From NCBI GenBank assembly GCA_964057225.1, contig OZ059894.1, positions 10,168,001 to 10,232,000 on the forward strand: DNA of 64,000 nt, given 5' to 3'. How positions within the stretch are numbered: the stretch's first letter is position 1; the number at the start of each line of letters is the position of its first letter. This document shows positions 49,901 to 63,720 of the stretch, piece by piece. The DNA is from Auanema rhodensis (Eukaryota; Animalia; Nematoda). Below the pieces are notes generated by a model. It saw only the letters and a program-made list of their open reading frames with translations, did not search any database and was not told the origin of the DNA. The position numbers and the translations under genes were made by a program.

Positions 49901-52900
49901 AAATTCAGTAAAAACGAAAATTTGGGAAAATGAACTATAATAATGGAAATATTGGAAGCTTTTGTTTTCGAAGGTCATTCAATCCCAATATCTAGCATTG
50001 CACAGCCTGCTAGTGTGGACATTTAGCAAAAATCAATAAAAAGCAACATTTCAAATAGCTTAAAAGATTCATGAAAATCCTATATAAACGAATAAGAGAA
50101 TGTGCAAATTTGGAATCGAAAAACTAATTTTTCTTCGATTCATTAACTCTTCTCAAGTTTCAAAATAAAAAAAAACGAATATTTGTAAATATCGGCTAGG
50201 ATATATATAGCAATGAGTTATTTATAAGAGTAAATGAAGCTCACGTCGAGATTTCTTTTTCGTTCTAGTAAGACGAACAGCCATGTAATATGGCAGTTGT
50301 GGAGATTCCGCTTCACTTGTCTATAAATAAGAAAAAAAGTATAATTTAAGTAGTTGGAAACAATCTTACAGTTCGGTTTCTCTTCATCATCTCATCAACA
50401 GGCATGAATAAATCCGGCATTTCGTCGGTAGTTGTTGCACAAGCGAATCTAATAATTTATTAATTCATAATATCGTTGGCAATAGATCTTTGAAGCCATG
50501 TATATAATACACATGTATTTCATTTTATCTATTTTTCTCCTTTATTTTGTCGAGAGTTATTGTGTTTTTTATATTTCCTATTACATAAATATTAATCAAT
50601 CCACGTTTCGTGAGCTATCGCACTCAGATGAGAAATATTTTCAAAAACTAATCGCCGTTGCAAAATATTCAAATTAAGAGAGGGATTCAACAAATAAAAT
50701 TCATAACTTACAAGCTTTTGTTAATTTTGGCGGATTCGTCTCTAGCTTGTTGAGTTTTGGCACGTAGTTCTTCTAGAGTTGCAAGTGATTGATCACGTTT
50801 CAGTTGACTGGGAGATTTCTGCTCCTAAAATTGTAGTTTATTGAATAAAACAGGAGAGGAACTACTACCATAGCCGTGTTTAAAAGTGAAAATGGGATAA
50901 AATAAGCAAAGTTAACCGTTTAAGAGATCTTTGGCAACAAAATGGTAGCGATACGCTACATTTGACACGATAACAACTCATAAATGAACTGACCAGTTTT
51001 CAAAAGTATACTAATTTACAAGTATTTCACCATAAAAACGAACGTTTAGCCCTTTTTGTGATGAGAAATCACATGAAAATATTTTTGGATTCAATTGTTA
51101 TGTTAGCTTGGATATGAAGTACTGAGTGAGGGAATTAAGGTAACGATAGGCTAACCTCAATTTCCAGACTAAACATCTCCTGGACGCCATTGATTCCATC
51201 CGACACTAAACTAGTTCCCATATCTACCATTCTACTGGGAACCGTAGCCACTGCATCTGCGGCAGCCTGAAAAGGAAATAATATATCTTCGAATTATCGT
51301 ATTATCGAAATCAATGAAAAGCTTCCTTGAAGCAGAATACGACCTATGTTACTACTAATTACAAAGTGCTCTTCACAGAAACAAGTTAGCGAGATTAAAA
51401 ATAACAAACCTTAGCTTGATTAGCAGCAGCATTAGCAGCTTCTCCAACAACTTTAACGCTTGTTTCGATTCCAGATTGGAGGGAATCTTCAAAAATCAAA
51501 ATTAAGTCAATGCCAAGAAATGAGAACAAACCTGCGGCACTTTTAGTATGAGTAACAACTCCATGAGCAACGGTTTTGGTTCCTTGAGATACTGATTGAT
51601 GAACTGAGCGAGCACGAGCACTGAAAACGGAGTCGAATGTAATTCATACACATGGACCAAGTAGTTACCTGAGTGTCCTACTTAACTTTCCGAATGATCG
51701 TCGGGCAGCATCAGGTGAAAACCGATTAATACTAGCGTTAGGGGATGGTGTATCTAACTCAGAAAAAGAACGCGGCCTCTGTTCTTCAGAAGAAGATGGG
51801 CTTTTACTTCTTTCTCTTCTCATAATTCCTGAATGAACAAAGTTATACGAATAAATCAAATATAAGTACCTTCTGAATCGGTTAAATCACTAACGGCGCG
51901 TTTTCGATCTGTTTCTTCCGGTGAATCAAGTCCCTTGGATTCTTCCGTAATAGCGGGAAGGAAAGAATCGCTACCCGTTTTTGAGGAAGAGCCTCCATTC
52001 TGAAAAATATGAAAAGTTCTTAAGCCTAAACCAAAATTGGACTAACTGCATCCTCTACAGCACTTTCATATCCGTCAGAATCAGGATGGTCACATGTAAA
52101 AACAACTAGAAAAACATTTAAAAAAACACCTTCCAAAGAATAAATACCTTTTTCATGAACTGGATCGTCCGGTACATCAGAAGAACACGTAGACTCCACA
52201 GGGGCAGGTGTTTCTTCCGGAGTTCTCACGTGATTTGGATCGAAAATATCTTTTTTCTTTTCTACACGGTCCCCAGTTAATGCGGCAATTTCCTTATACA
52301 CGGAAACGGAGACAATCTCATCCATACTGAAATAAAGAAAATTTAATTTGAGAACGAAAGCAATATTCTTACTTAGCAACCATTCCATATAGATTTTGAC
52401 CATTTTCTCGAACTAATGGATGACTGACGTCAGGATCAAACATCAAACAATTTGGAGTTACAAGTAGAGTTCCTGCTACTGTTCCATCAGATTCAGTTAC
52501 TTGTTTGACCTAGATACTGTCTCAGTTGACCGGAAACACGCACAAAATACGTACCTTAATTTTTAAAAACCTTTGAAGACAATCGGCATCAGATTCATCA
52601 GTACTTCCTACGGGGGCACTACCAGATTTAGCAAGAGCATGTTTTTGAGCAGGAACAACATGACCAGGTCCCTTCTTAGGTGGTTCATCTAAACCATAAC
52701 GAGGATAAAATCAAAAAGAGAAAAAGAAAACGAACGTGTTGATGTGTTATTGTTAATTCCCTTTGATGAGTTAGCGTTTTCAAAAACATCATCTGATACA
52801 GGAATTGGCACAATCAATTTCTGTCCAGGAAAAACCTGAATATAAAAATGAAAAATAAGTTGGATGGATATGAATAGGACTACCATTCGTGAGCTCATCC

Positions 52901-55900
52901 TATTAAGTTTCATAAGTTCCCCTACTGTACAGTCATGAAAGGCTGCTATCCTTTCTAAAGTATCTGAGCCAGTAACCGTATAATCCATCTGAAAAAAAAA
53001 TGAAAATCAGTGCAAATATTTATTAAAGCAGGTGTTTAAAAGATGAGAATACTAACAGAATAGATTTTAGAGTTTATTTATGTTTTTCACATAACGATTT
53101 CAAGGTTCTGACGACTGGATTAGATTAATCGATATCGTTCGCAATACACGAAAACTATTCTTCAAAAGGAGAAAGAATATTGATGGGATAGATAATACAT
53201 TAAGAATGATAGAGAACTATGAATCATTACGGCGATTGTGTTCGAAAAAAACATTCTGTAAAGCCAAACAAATTGCAAGATTGCGAAGCAAAGTCATATG
53301 GAAAATCCAGGTATTGGAGAAGATCAGAGTGCACGCTTGTTTTCATCTCACAAAGCCAGCACATGCACACAGACGGCACTCCATTCTGGTGCCTCTCTAC
53401 TTCTCGCTCACTCTTTTTCTCTTCCCTATCTGTTTGGAAAAAGAAAGAAAAAGCCCGCAGGCCAACCAAAAATGGCCCAGTCTCTTTTGTTGGCTCCTAA
53501 GAATTTAGAACAGACTACCACTATTACCACTACCACCAACACTAACACGACTACTCAGACTGCGAAGTAGTTGGTTGGTAGAAATCAGAAGATGACGACG
53601 ATGAAAACGACAATCAAGGACATTGTCATTGCCGTCATCGTCGACACCGTTGACATCGTAAAGAATATAGACGAAACAGCAATAGGTTAGTTCAATCACA
53701 TGGTTTTATGTTAGTTTGTAGAGCAAGCATATCTTTCAAGTACGAACCCATGCTTGAGCATAGAAAATACAAAGAAGAAAAGACGAAACATATAAGGCTA
53801 AGACATAGGGAAATACGTAATTTTAGATAATCAAATTTCAAATGATTGCTTTAACTCAATCAATAGTGTGCGTATTTCAAGAAAATTCAAAGCAGAGTTT
53901 TGCAAACTCAACATGTGCCATCAAAATAAATAAAAAAAACAACTAATTCATAGCTGAATATCTAAGCAAAGAGAAAGCTTGATGGCACAAAAAAAAATTA
54001 AGAAAACTAAGGATAGGAAGGATGGAACAAACTAAAAGAGGGGAATGTTTTTAAATAAATAAAAGAACCGCCTAATAAACAAAGGCTATGCTGTGTAGCT
54101 ATAAAACAACAAGAAAAAAGAAAATTAAAACAGAAATACTTGCGAAATTTTGATTGATTTGTAAAGTATTGAACACCAAATCAGAGTCGAACAACCGCTC
54201 AATGTCACCGAACATGCATAAATGAAACGCTTACAGTACACGTTTTTCACGTACATACGTGAATGTACAGAACGAGAAATCAATGTGTAATGACGTCACC
54301 AGGTAAGCGTTAAGAGAAGGAGAAAAACGAAGAGAGAGAAATGTTGAGAAGTATAAACATGAGCATAGGATAAACTGAATGAAAATGATAATGCAACGGA
54401 GACGATTATGATGATAATGTAAATGTAAATATGATAGTAATACTGATTACGTGGGTGATAGGTTATTGGCCGGACATATTGTTCAATTGGACTATTTTGA
54501 GGCGTGATAGGGGAGGCATGTCGCCTGCGCCAAGTGCATGATGTGCCGAAAAACCAGAAATTTTTGGCTTCACTTTGGTTACATTGACACACATCAACAG
54601 ATATGTTCTGAAGACAGAAAAGAGATAATGAGAGGAGAGACGAGAGAAATTATGAAAGAGAGAGGGAGAGAGCGATGAAGAAGGTAATTAGAAGGATGTG
54701 AGGCAAACTCGGAGAATAAGATGGGCAGGTATGCATATGTAGTTAAACAGAGAAATAGAAAGAAAAAGGCAGAGGTTAAAAAAAAGCGGTAAAGAACAAA
54801 AGATGAAAAGCGAGAACGTAGCTAGAGGTGAAAAGAAATAAAGAGTTTATCAGTTTCCTTGTTTGTATGCTTCGCCTAAACACATGTTAGAGTGATGGCT
54901 ACTACGATTGTAAATGGACGTTATCGGGAGTCATATCGATGCTTTTACTTATAGTTTGTGATTTTTACAGTGTGTCATGTAACTAGTCGGTTGTATTCTA
55001 TAGAACAAACGATTGGACGACCAGCGGACACGTAACCAGGGAGAAGGAGCGCAGGAAGAGCATCTAAGCGCCGTACAGCGTCGAGAGCTGTGACCATGGA
55101 ACAAATCTTTGTTGTCTTCAGCTGTTCAGTATTTGGGATAACCAAATGCAAATTGGGGGGTACGGAAGAAAGCCACTGTGATGTTTCCAATGCTGTCGAC
55201 GATCAATGTGCTGCCCCAACTCTGACTCTTTCTCTTGCTCTCCGTTTTTTTAGCATTATCACATTGGGAGAGAAGGAGAGAGAATAAGGGTGGGATGAGT
55301 GAAGGCAGAGGAGTGGTGGTTGGTCGTGTGCTGGAAGTGATGCCGCCGTAGTTGTCTTGTGTAGCCGTGTGACAAGTGTTAGAACGAGACGGAAGGAGAA
55401 TAGCTCTGGTTCGGGTAACGGAAGCGAAAGTCACAAATTGGCTTCAGAATTTTTCTTCGCTCTCTTCAGCATTATTTTGAAGAAAAAAAGTTTTTCTCTT
55501 ATATTCTCAAGATCCGCTATGGCTTGTGGCAGTTGCTTCTGTTGCTTTGGCAGCGAATCCGTTCAACCAGTTCCATTTAGAATCCTAATCATTTAAAACC
55601 TAACATAGAAATTGGTATGAAAATGCTTTTTTGAAAAAACTCTGAAGCTGCTTCAGTCATCTCCCTGTCTACCAAAAACTTCAAATTCTTGTATGTGGAT
55701 GTGTGTGTATGTATGTGTGTAGATGAAAATTTACGGAAATATCAGCTTTAGCTTCTACTGTGATTGAACCAAGTTTTTGAAAATCAAAAAAAAAAAAAAA
55801 ATATTTCAAGAATATAATCGTTTATAGCAAATGCAATTTCATTTATAATACATGGAGATATGTGATTTTTTTTCATTTTTAAGCAAATAGTGTAGGATTG

Positions 55901-56192
55901 TGATTAATGGAGTGAGAGAGAGTGTGATAGAGAGTTCAAAATTTAATAAAATTCAAACTATATGATGAAATGGATCATAACTTAAAATGATTTTGGTTAA
56001 AGAACAAGCACATGGTCCGGTTTGCAATAATGATCTCAAAAAGTCGGATTATTTTTGAATAACTTTGCGAAAAATTGATAGAGATAGTTGCAGAAAAGCA
56101 ATATTTGGTATGAGAGATGAGAAGAAGCATGTCAAATGTTGGAGAATGTATAGAGAGAGCTAAAGAACGAAATAGAAGAAGAGAGAAAGAGA

Positions 56193-56226
<34 letters not shown>

Positions 56227-57007
56227 TAGATAGAAGGGAAGTCAGTGTATGGATGATGCAAACTCTTTGAAAGATTTGTTATATGGTTTTCAAACAATTT
56301 TATGAATAAAAGTGGCAAACTTATATATTAAATAGAAAGAGATAGTTGTATAAATTGCAACAAGAAATAACTTTAATTCAGCTATTACTAGAGGAAGAGA
56401 AGATGAAGAGGGGTGGAAGGGGGGAGGAGGAAGGAGGGGAGAAGTGAGTTACTGAGACAAACAGCTGTGTATGTACATGTATGTGTGTAGATAGCAAGTT
56501 TCTAAACATAGACATGCATATAGAGTTTAAATAAATAAAATTAAAATTGATTAATATGCAAACAAACAATTGTAAAGAAGTTGTTATTAACTATATGATA
56601 ATTATAATTTGATATGTATAGTAGTCAACAATGCATTTTCTTATATAATCATTTTAATTTTAATTTTTAAATAATTAAAATTATTGAAAAATAATAATGG
56701 AAAACAGAAAAATATAGGTATTCTCAGTATAGAAAGAAAGATATTATGGAAAGAGAGAGAGCTAGAGAGAGAGAGAGAGAGAGAGAACGAGGGATGGCAG
56801 ACGACGATAAAATAAGAGTAAGTATGTTCAAGATTGACTTGACTGGATATGTGTAAGTAACTTGTCAATTTGATTCTTTTTTTTCCCTTTTGAGAAGACT
56901 TTCGAAAAAAGCGAGGAAAAGCCGGGAGAGCATTGCAAGTGGAACAGGCTGACAAAGATGAAAAAGATAAACTAAAGAGCACGTACAAGCGTGAGAGAAT
57001 GAGGGAA

Positions 57008-57039
<32 letters not shown>

Positions 57040-58414
57040 GGAGTAAACTCTTCTTTAAGCATCCTCTACTTTCCCTCCCAAATATCTTTGTTCTATCGAC
57101 TTCATTCATTTTTAGCTCTCCTAATATTCCCGACGGGACGATATAATTTAACTTTGGCCACCCCTTTTTCCATCTTTTTCTCTCAGAGAATTCAAATATA
57201 TTCTCTCAATTCTCCAATATCATATTTTTTTTACATTCATGTTCATAGATGGCTCAATGTTTGTTCTCTTATAAAATAATGTTATAACTTATATATTAGA
57301 TGATGCAATACAATGTAACATCAACAAAATCTCAGTTTATGTATCTCCTATAACAGCAAGTTTCAGTTCACCAGACAGCTAGCTAGCTACACATGTATGC
57401 ATTTCCCTCTTAACCCACCAACTCTTCCATCCTTTTACATCCTTACATCTTATACTACTCCTGCTACTGCTACTCCTACTCCTACTGCTACTACTACTAC
57501 GTCTTCGCCAATTTATTTCCTCCCTTTTTCAATCCAAAAAAAAAAAATATTTTTTTCTCTTCTCCTATCCAACCATTTTTTCTCTCTCTCTAGTCTTATG
57601 TCACAATAATTTATTTTATGCTCCTCATCTTTCGAACGTCATCAAACGAGAAGTAATTATTTAGCACAACCTTAAGAGGTTCATGATGAAAAAAATATAA
57701 AAATCTTCAAAATACATATAGATAAAGTTAAATTTTCAAACCTTTTTAGCTTATAAAGAAGGTTTTACTACAAAAAAATTAAGTAAAAATCAAGAGAGAC
57801 GTAAAATTTCTGTAAATGTGCAGGGAGGGCACGCTGATACAGAGTCAAAACGATAAATCTTAAATTGGATTTTAAAGAATTTCAGAGAAATTTGCTGTTT
57901 GTTTAAATCAAATTTTTTCATGAAAAATATGGAAAAAAGGAGAAAATAAAAGAAAATAGTCTGTAAGTTGAAGGAAGGTAGTAGCTGGCTGTTCTCATTA
58001 GCCAGCCACTGAGTGCTTTGATCAATAGACACAGTTATCGCCGCCATATCATGATTGGTTGAAAATTTTCATAACAATACGCTTTTTTTCGGTAAATAAA
58101 CTTATTTTTGTAATCAGAAATGATATGAAAACATTATCTTTATTAGATGAAATTGCTGGATACTTACTTGACATGCTGGAATAGGTGGTGCTGATTGAAT
58201 TTCGGTTGATTCATTCGAGGATTCACTTCGAAAACGACGTGGAGATAGTGATCGCAGACTGCCAAACCGAAATCTGGATAGTCGATCCGTCAGCATAGTT
58301 GAGTTGAGCTTGTCGTCGCTAGCTAGCTCAAGATTCTCTATACTATGCCGGTAAGAAGAGATGGGAACTTCAGTCTGTAAAGCTTCGAGATTTCGGCGAC
58401 GTCGTCTTGTTCCT
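40967..58414 (-). CDS. lmd-3: OXR1/NCOA7-family protein (LysM + GRAM-like + TLDc), long isoform
   Basis: Exon 58414-58168 (contains MLTDRLSRFRFG...PACQ) joins the LysM exon at 52988 (MDYTVTGSDTLERIAAFHDCTVGELMKLNRMSSRMVFPGQKLIVP). GRAM-like region: FLKIKVKQVTESDGTVAGTLLVTPNCLMFDPDVSHPLVRENG..YGMV. TLDc exons at 42101-40967: [109 protein letters not shown]. Confidence 0.95.
42583..42802 (-). CDS. lmd-3: Alternative first exon of the TLDc gene (73 codons + 1 nt)
   Basis: MLSSFMDKVQTSTTSLASSISVASSEEGLRNLGASMRRLSVPLSKAGRVSQRRFSQMVTAIGEAIDQEVELMS, then a G|GTATGC phase-1 donor. Confidence 0.78.
43948..44689 (-). CDS. lmd-3: Two-exon alternative 5' module of the TLDc gene (44689-44609 and 44035-43948)
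   Basis: MIEKRKLRETEKEHGPTQDLYKRVWKN|HWLAVRSASGDEGMEAPSFSLSPASCSDG. Phase-0 GTAAAG...CTGCAG intron, then a phase-1 GTACTT donor compatible with 42101. Confidence 0.6.
45707..46358 (-). CDS. lmd-3: Alternative first exon of the TLDc gene (217 codons + 1 nt), starting MGAGHS
   Basis: Long open frame. TTTTAG acceptor 34 nt upstream of the ATG. The A|GTGCGT phase-1 donor matches the phase-1 acceptor at 42101. Confidence 0.8.
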
Positions 58415-59476
58415 CTTCAAAAAGTACAAATTTTTTCATGAAAAAATAAAGAAAAATCTTGAAAGATATAAAGTTTTAACGAAAAAAGAAAAAAGGAGAA
58501 ACGAAGTTGAAAACTCTGTGAAAGGAGATGTTAAGGCATGAGGAATGGTTCGATGAAAAGCTCGAAGATCAAATTAGGATCTTGAAGGAAGGATGCCGGT
58601 TCGAAGGACAACAAATTCCAGACAAAGGTTGAAGATGAAAGAATTTTTTTTTTGTTTAAAAGCAAGTTCATCTAACAAGAAGTGATAAGGAAAATATGTT
58701 TACTGATGAGAAGAAAAATCAAAATTAACAAAACTAAGGCTTCATCTCTCAAGCTCTATCTATCTCTTTCACTTTTTCGCTCTTTCATCTTTCAAAACTC
58801 AACAGTAGTTTTGTGCAAAAAAAAAAGGAAATAGAATAATAAAAAAAAAGTTTAACTTAAAGAAAAAAAAAAGATTTGGACTATTTAGTAAACAAAAAAA
58901 AACGTCAAAAAGAGAAGAGCTTAATGTCAAGAAATAATGATATAGAAGAATAGATGAAGCTCTTGGAGTCCACTATTTTAAAGCAAAAACAACAAAAAAC
59001 AACAAATTATTGAAGAAGAAAAAGAATTTTTTTCTTAAAAAGTAATAACTATAGGAGGAAATTCTATAATGTCTGTATATACGTATGCATACATACATAT
59101 GCATAGCTGGAAACGGTTGCAAAAATTTAGGAAGGGAGAAACATCTATTCTGGAAACAGTTTTCTTCCTCCGTTTACCTCTTTCTCTTTCTCTCTCTCTC
59201 TCTTTCTCTATCTCTGTTTCTATCCATCTATATATGTAAACGTCATATTTCATACATATGTATGTACATGTTGCTGCACATGTGCTACAACATGCCATCT
59301 GAATATCTAAATCTTTGATAAGAAAATGATATTTCAATGAAGAAAATCCATATTCATATATCGATATAAGGTTTAATATCATAAACTTAATGATTTCAAT
59401 GATAATTTGCTCTTTTTTCTTCTAACACCAAGGTTCAATCTTATTAAGAAGTAATGAGTGATAGAGAAAAAGAGAG

Positions 59477-59480
<4 letters not shown>

Positions 59481-59547
<67 letters not shown>
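59481..59547. repeat. (GA)n microsatellite, interrupted
   Basis: Seen directly. Confidence 0.95.
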
Positions 59548-59551
<4 letters not shown>

Positions 59552-59945
59552 AGAAAGATTGGACAAGGTAGAATGATATATGAACATCTATCTATTATAA
59601 GTAAGTATGTAGATACTTTTCACCTTTTAAGTCAATAGAATTATATGTACGTAAATACTTTTTGTCATTGAATTTTAATGAAAAAGTAAGAAATAGAAGA
59701 AGAGTTAAAGGTATGATTTAGAAAAATAAAAACAAAACAAACCAAAAAGAACAAATAAACAGATAGATAGATAGATAGATAGTATGTATGTATATACATA
59801 TGTACATATATATATATAATATACATTTCTGTTGAATAGAAAAAGAATTGTGTCTGAATGTCTCATGAAACAAAATATTAATCCGTTATATGTATGAAAG
59901 GATGTCTTATATTTATATATATATATTCATATAACTAACTATATA

Positions 59946-59982
<37 letters not shown>

Positions 59983-62160
59983 TATTAGATAGTATAAATT
60001 CTTTTTGTCTATTTTTAATTCTATTTATTTAATTATTATTAATATATGTTATAATTTCTTATTTGTATAGTAATTATAATAAACATAATTATAATTTTTT
60101 TGGAAAAGAATAATTAATTATTCTTTATATATTAATAAAAATGGATTTAACAACAAAAAAAAAAGAAGATAGAACAACCGACTAACATCAAAAAAAAAAT
60201 TAAAATGAATGTCTCACGTGGTAATGACGTGACACAGCGCATTATGCGAATAAAGCTTAACCAATGAATAAATCATTCGTCAATTTACGATGTAAATGGT
60301 TTAAAAACGTCAAAACAATATGAATTTCTAAAAAAAAAAAAAAGAATTTGGTAATAATCTCTTTGAAAAGGTAAGAAGTCATTTTAAATATTTTGAATTC
60401 TTAAAGGGAATGAATGAGAATAGATGTGTTCCACTGTTCGTTTTCAGAAATTGGTCGCATGTCCTCCTCCATTAAGAAGAAAGGTACTTGTGGCTGACAA
60501 TTCAATTTCAAATCGAGAACATGGTATGATAGAACAAAAAAAAACTTTTCTTCTAATGACTTCAAACTAAGCTTACTAAAATGCTTTTTTCAAGTTCTCA
60601 CTTTTTAGGGGGAGAATTGAAATGAAAACCAATGCCATAGTGGTTGTACTGAAAATGAGAAGAAAAATGAAATTTCAGTCTAGTTTTCAAACTAAAACAG
60701 AAGATTTTTAGTGATGAAGGCAGATATGACACAGAGAGAGAGAGAGAAAGAGAGAGGAGAGTAAGGGAATAAAAAACTTTTTTTGCCATGTTGCTTGGCA
60801 TAGTAGAATATTTACATTGATGAGGAAATAAGATGAAGTTTGATGATGTCGTCATCACATTACGTGATATTCTCGTATTATTTTCTATTTTTTTCTTAAA
60901 TTTTCCATAAAATATTTAAATTTCTAACTTTCATATGTTAAGATAACAAAAATCTTTGTCGTTTTTAACAAAGAAAAAGTTGCAAAGCTCATGTCAAACT
61001 GCTCGACTTTTTCAAGATTACACGGAGAAAAATAGAGAAATGAATCCCGTTTCTTTTGAATTTCAATGCAAAAAATATTTTTAAACCCAACAGAGAGAGA
61101 GAGAGAGAAGGGGTGACATAGATAGAGAGAAAGAGAGAGAGAATGATCGAAGACATCTTAACAAATTTGATATTTCAATTTTGTAAACATGGATAAAAAA
61201 TAGTTTAGAAGAGAAAAAACGTTAAATTCTTAACTTTCCTTCTTTAAAATATTTAAATTTTCAGTTATTTTATGTGAAGTTTGTACAAAATATGAAAAGA
61301 CTAAGAGAATTTCTTGATTATAAACAATTTATTTGAGAAGGCTTGACTGAACAACCGGAAATTAGTAAGAAAATTCATCCCTCATTTACTTTTCAGAAAG
61401 ATTAAAAAATATTTTATATTTTACTATGATTTTTGAAATAACGTTATAATCCAACATCACATGAAGATGTTACTAAAACATTAAGTTCATTGAGCATTTG
61501 CTACTGGCTTAAACTAAAAACTTTAAAACTTGATTAAAAGCTTAAAGCTGGGATTTTATTGAACTTATTCATAAAATAAAAAAAAATTTTAATTTATTAA
61601 CTGTTAACTTGGAAAGAAAGCTGAACAAATGAAAGACTAGAGAAATCTGAAAATGAGCTCAGAGTTAGAGAGAGAGAGATAGAAAGAGAGATAGAGGACG
61701 CTTCAGGATCAAGAGAAGTAGTGGAAAAGCTATTGATAATAAGCAATTTTATCCTTCAATCCAACAATACATCCTTTTCTTTTTGAAAAGAAAACAAAAA
61801 AAAAGATTTTGAAGCCTTGAAGTTGAAGAATATTACCGAAAGCGTGATATCATAAGGAACTGAAAATCTTTTTTTTTCTTCTCAACAAATGAAATATTAC
61901 TACTTTACTTTATGAAATTATTATTTCTATATATATATATATATAAAGAAAAAATTATTTTTTTACTTTCAAAATTTAATTTGAAAAATGAAAATTAAAT
62001 TTTACATTCATTCATTGATTGCATGATCTTTCTTTTTCTTTTTTTTTTTGAAGACAACTACGTCATGAATCAAATGTTTCAATCAAAATATAAATGATCT
62101 GAAGAATAGGAAAATATCTTATTTTTACTCAAAAAATAAAGAAATTTGAGATATTCTCAC

Positions 62161-62354
62161 TGAAAATGGAATATTTCAAAGCGAATTGAGATAGATAGAC
62201 GACGAGACTGACCGCGTGCTCTATGCTTGTCTTCTATTCTGAGCACATCGGAAGATATGGAGAAAAAGAGCTTTAGTAAGGGAAGTTTTTGGTAATGAAT
62301 TCTGAAGAGAAATGAAGGATGAAGATGTTCGACGACCGTAGAGATTGCGATCAT
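62161..62354 (-). CDS. Candidate distal first exon of the OXR1-family gene
   Basis: The ORF from ATG 62354 ends on a CA|GTGAGA phase-2 donor. This joins in frame to the phase-2 acceptor at 58414, whose frame is open for 39 codons upstream of Met 58296. Confidence 0.35.
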
Positions 62355-63282
62355 TAGCAATTTCAGGCGAATGAATAAGAGTTCAAAAAATTCTCTCAAA
62401 CGATATGAGAAAATGTATGGGAAAATGAAACGTTGTGAGCATCATGGTTAGTGCGAAAAGATAAAGATGAAAAGAAAAATAAGAATGAAATTAGAAAGAG
62501 ATAGAGAGATAGAAAGAGAGAAAGAGAAAGAGAGAGAGAGAGAGAGAGTCTTAGAGAAGATTGAAAAAGCTTATTTGGATGTTCAATCCAAAATTTCATG
62601 TATTTCAGATTATGACATGATGATGTGATAGTCATCATATTCATCATCATCCGTTTTTCCACCAATGAATCCTGAATACATACATGTATAACCTACAATC
62701 TCTGGTAGATGTTGATGTAGAAACTCAAGTTCTTCATGAATAATTCGAAGAAAAAAAGATTATTAGGAAGAAGAGGTTTCAATACTTCTGTATTCCAAAA
62801 GGCAAGATAACTTTAAGCAGCAGCAAGTTATGATTGAAGTTTGATCATGAAAAGATGGAGATAGAGAGAGAGAGAGAGAGAGATGTGTTTTCCCTTCTAT
62901 TTATATCAAATAAGATATTATAAATTATTGATGAATGATATAATATCCTAAACTATATATACATAGTATAGAATAATGTTTTCTAACTAATACTATCATT
63001 GTTTTCAATCAGTTCTTGCCCTTGTCATCATAAATCTCCATGTTATTGCACTTTCTCAATGTTTTTTTTTATTTTTTTGACCAAAAAAAAGCTGTGCATA
63101 TAGCGATGATCAAGCTATTTCTGAAGCAAGTAATGTGATCTGATGATGAAATAAGAGATTTTGTTGATTTGTATGGTAGAAAAGTGATAGAAAAAAGACT
63201 AAACTAATGAAAGAATAAATTATTATCTTTTTTGAGTTTAAAAAGATAAAACAAATGAAAAATACATATGTATATCTATCTA

Positions 63283-63320
<38 letters not shown>

Positions 63321-63687
63321 ATGAAATACTGATTGAAAGGCGGAAGTAGAAAGAGGGGGAAGTTGAATATGATATAATAAAATGAAAAATCACTCAAATC
63401 AGATTGTATGCATGTACATAAGAAGAATATTTCACATAGTTAAAGAGGATATAGAGAGATACAGAGAGAAAGAGAAAGAGAGAGAGATGTAAAGAAAGAG
63501 AGGAATATGGTATGAAAGAAGAAACATGAAAGGTAAGGAGCACCTAAGTGATGAAGCATGTATCATCATTGAACTCATGTCATGTGAACGGAAAACTTCG
63601 AATATGAACCAATGTTTCGATGTCATCATGATCTGAAGAAGATGATGAAGAATAGGTAGTTGTTCTCTTACCCTTCCGTACATAAAC

Positions 63688-63720
<33 letters not shown>

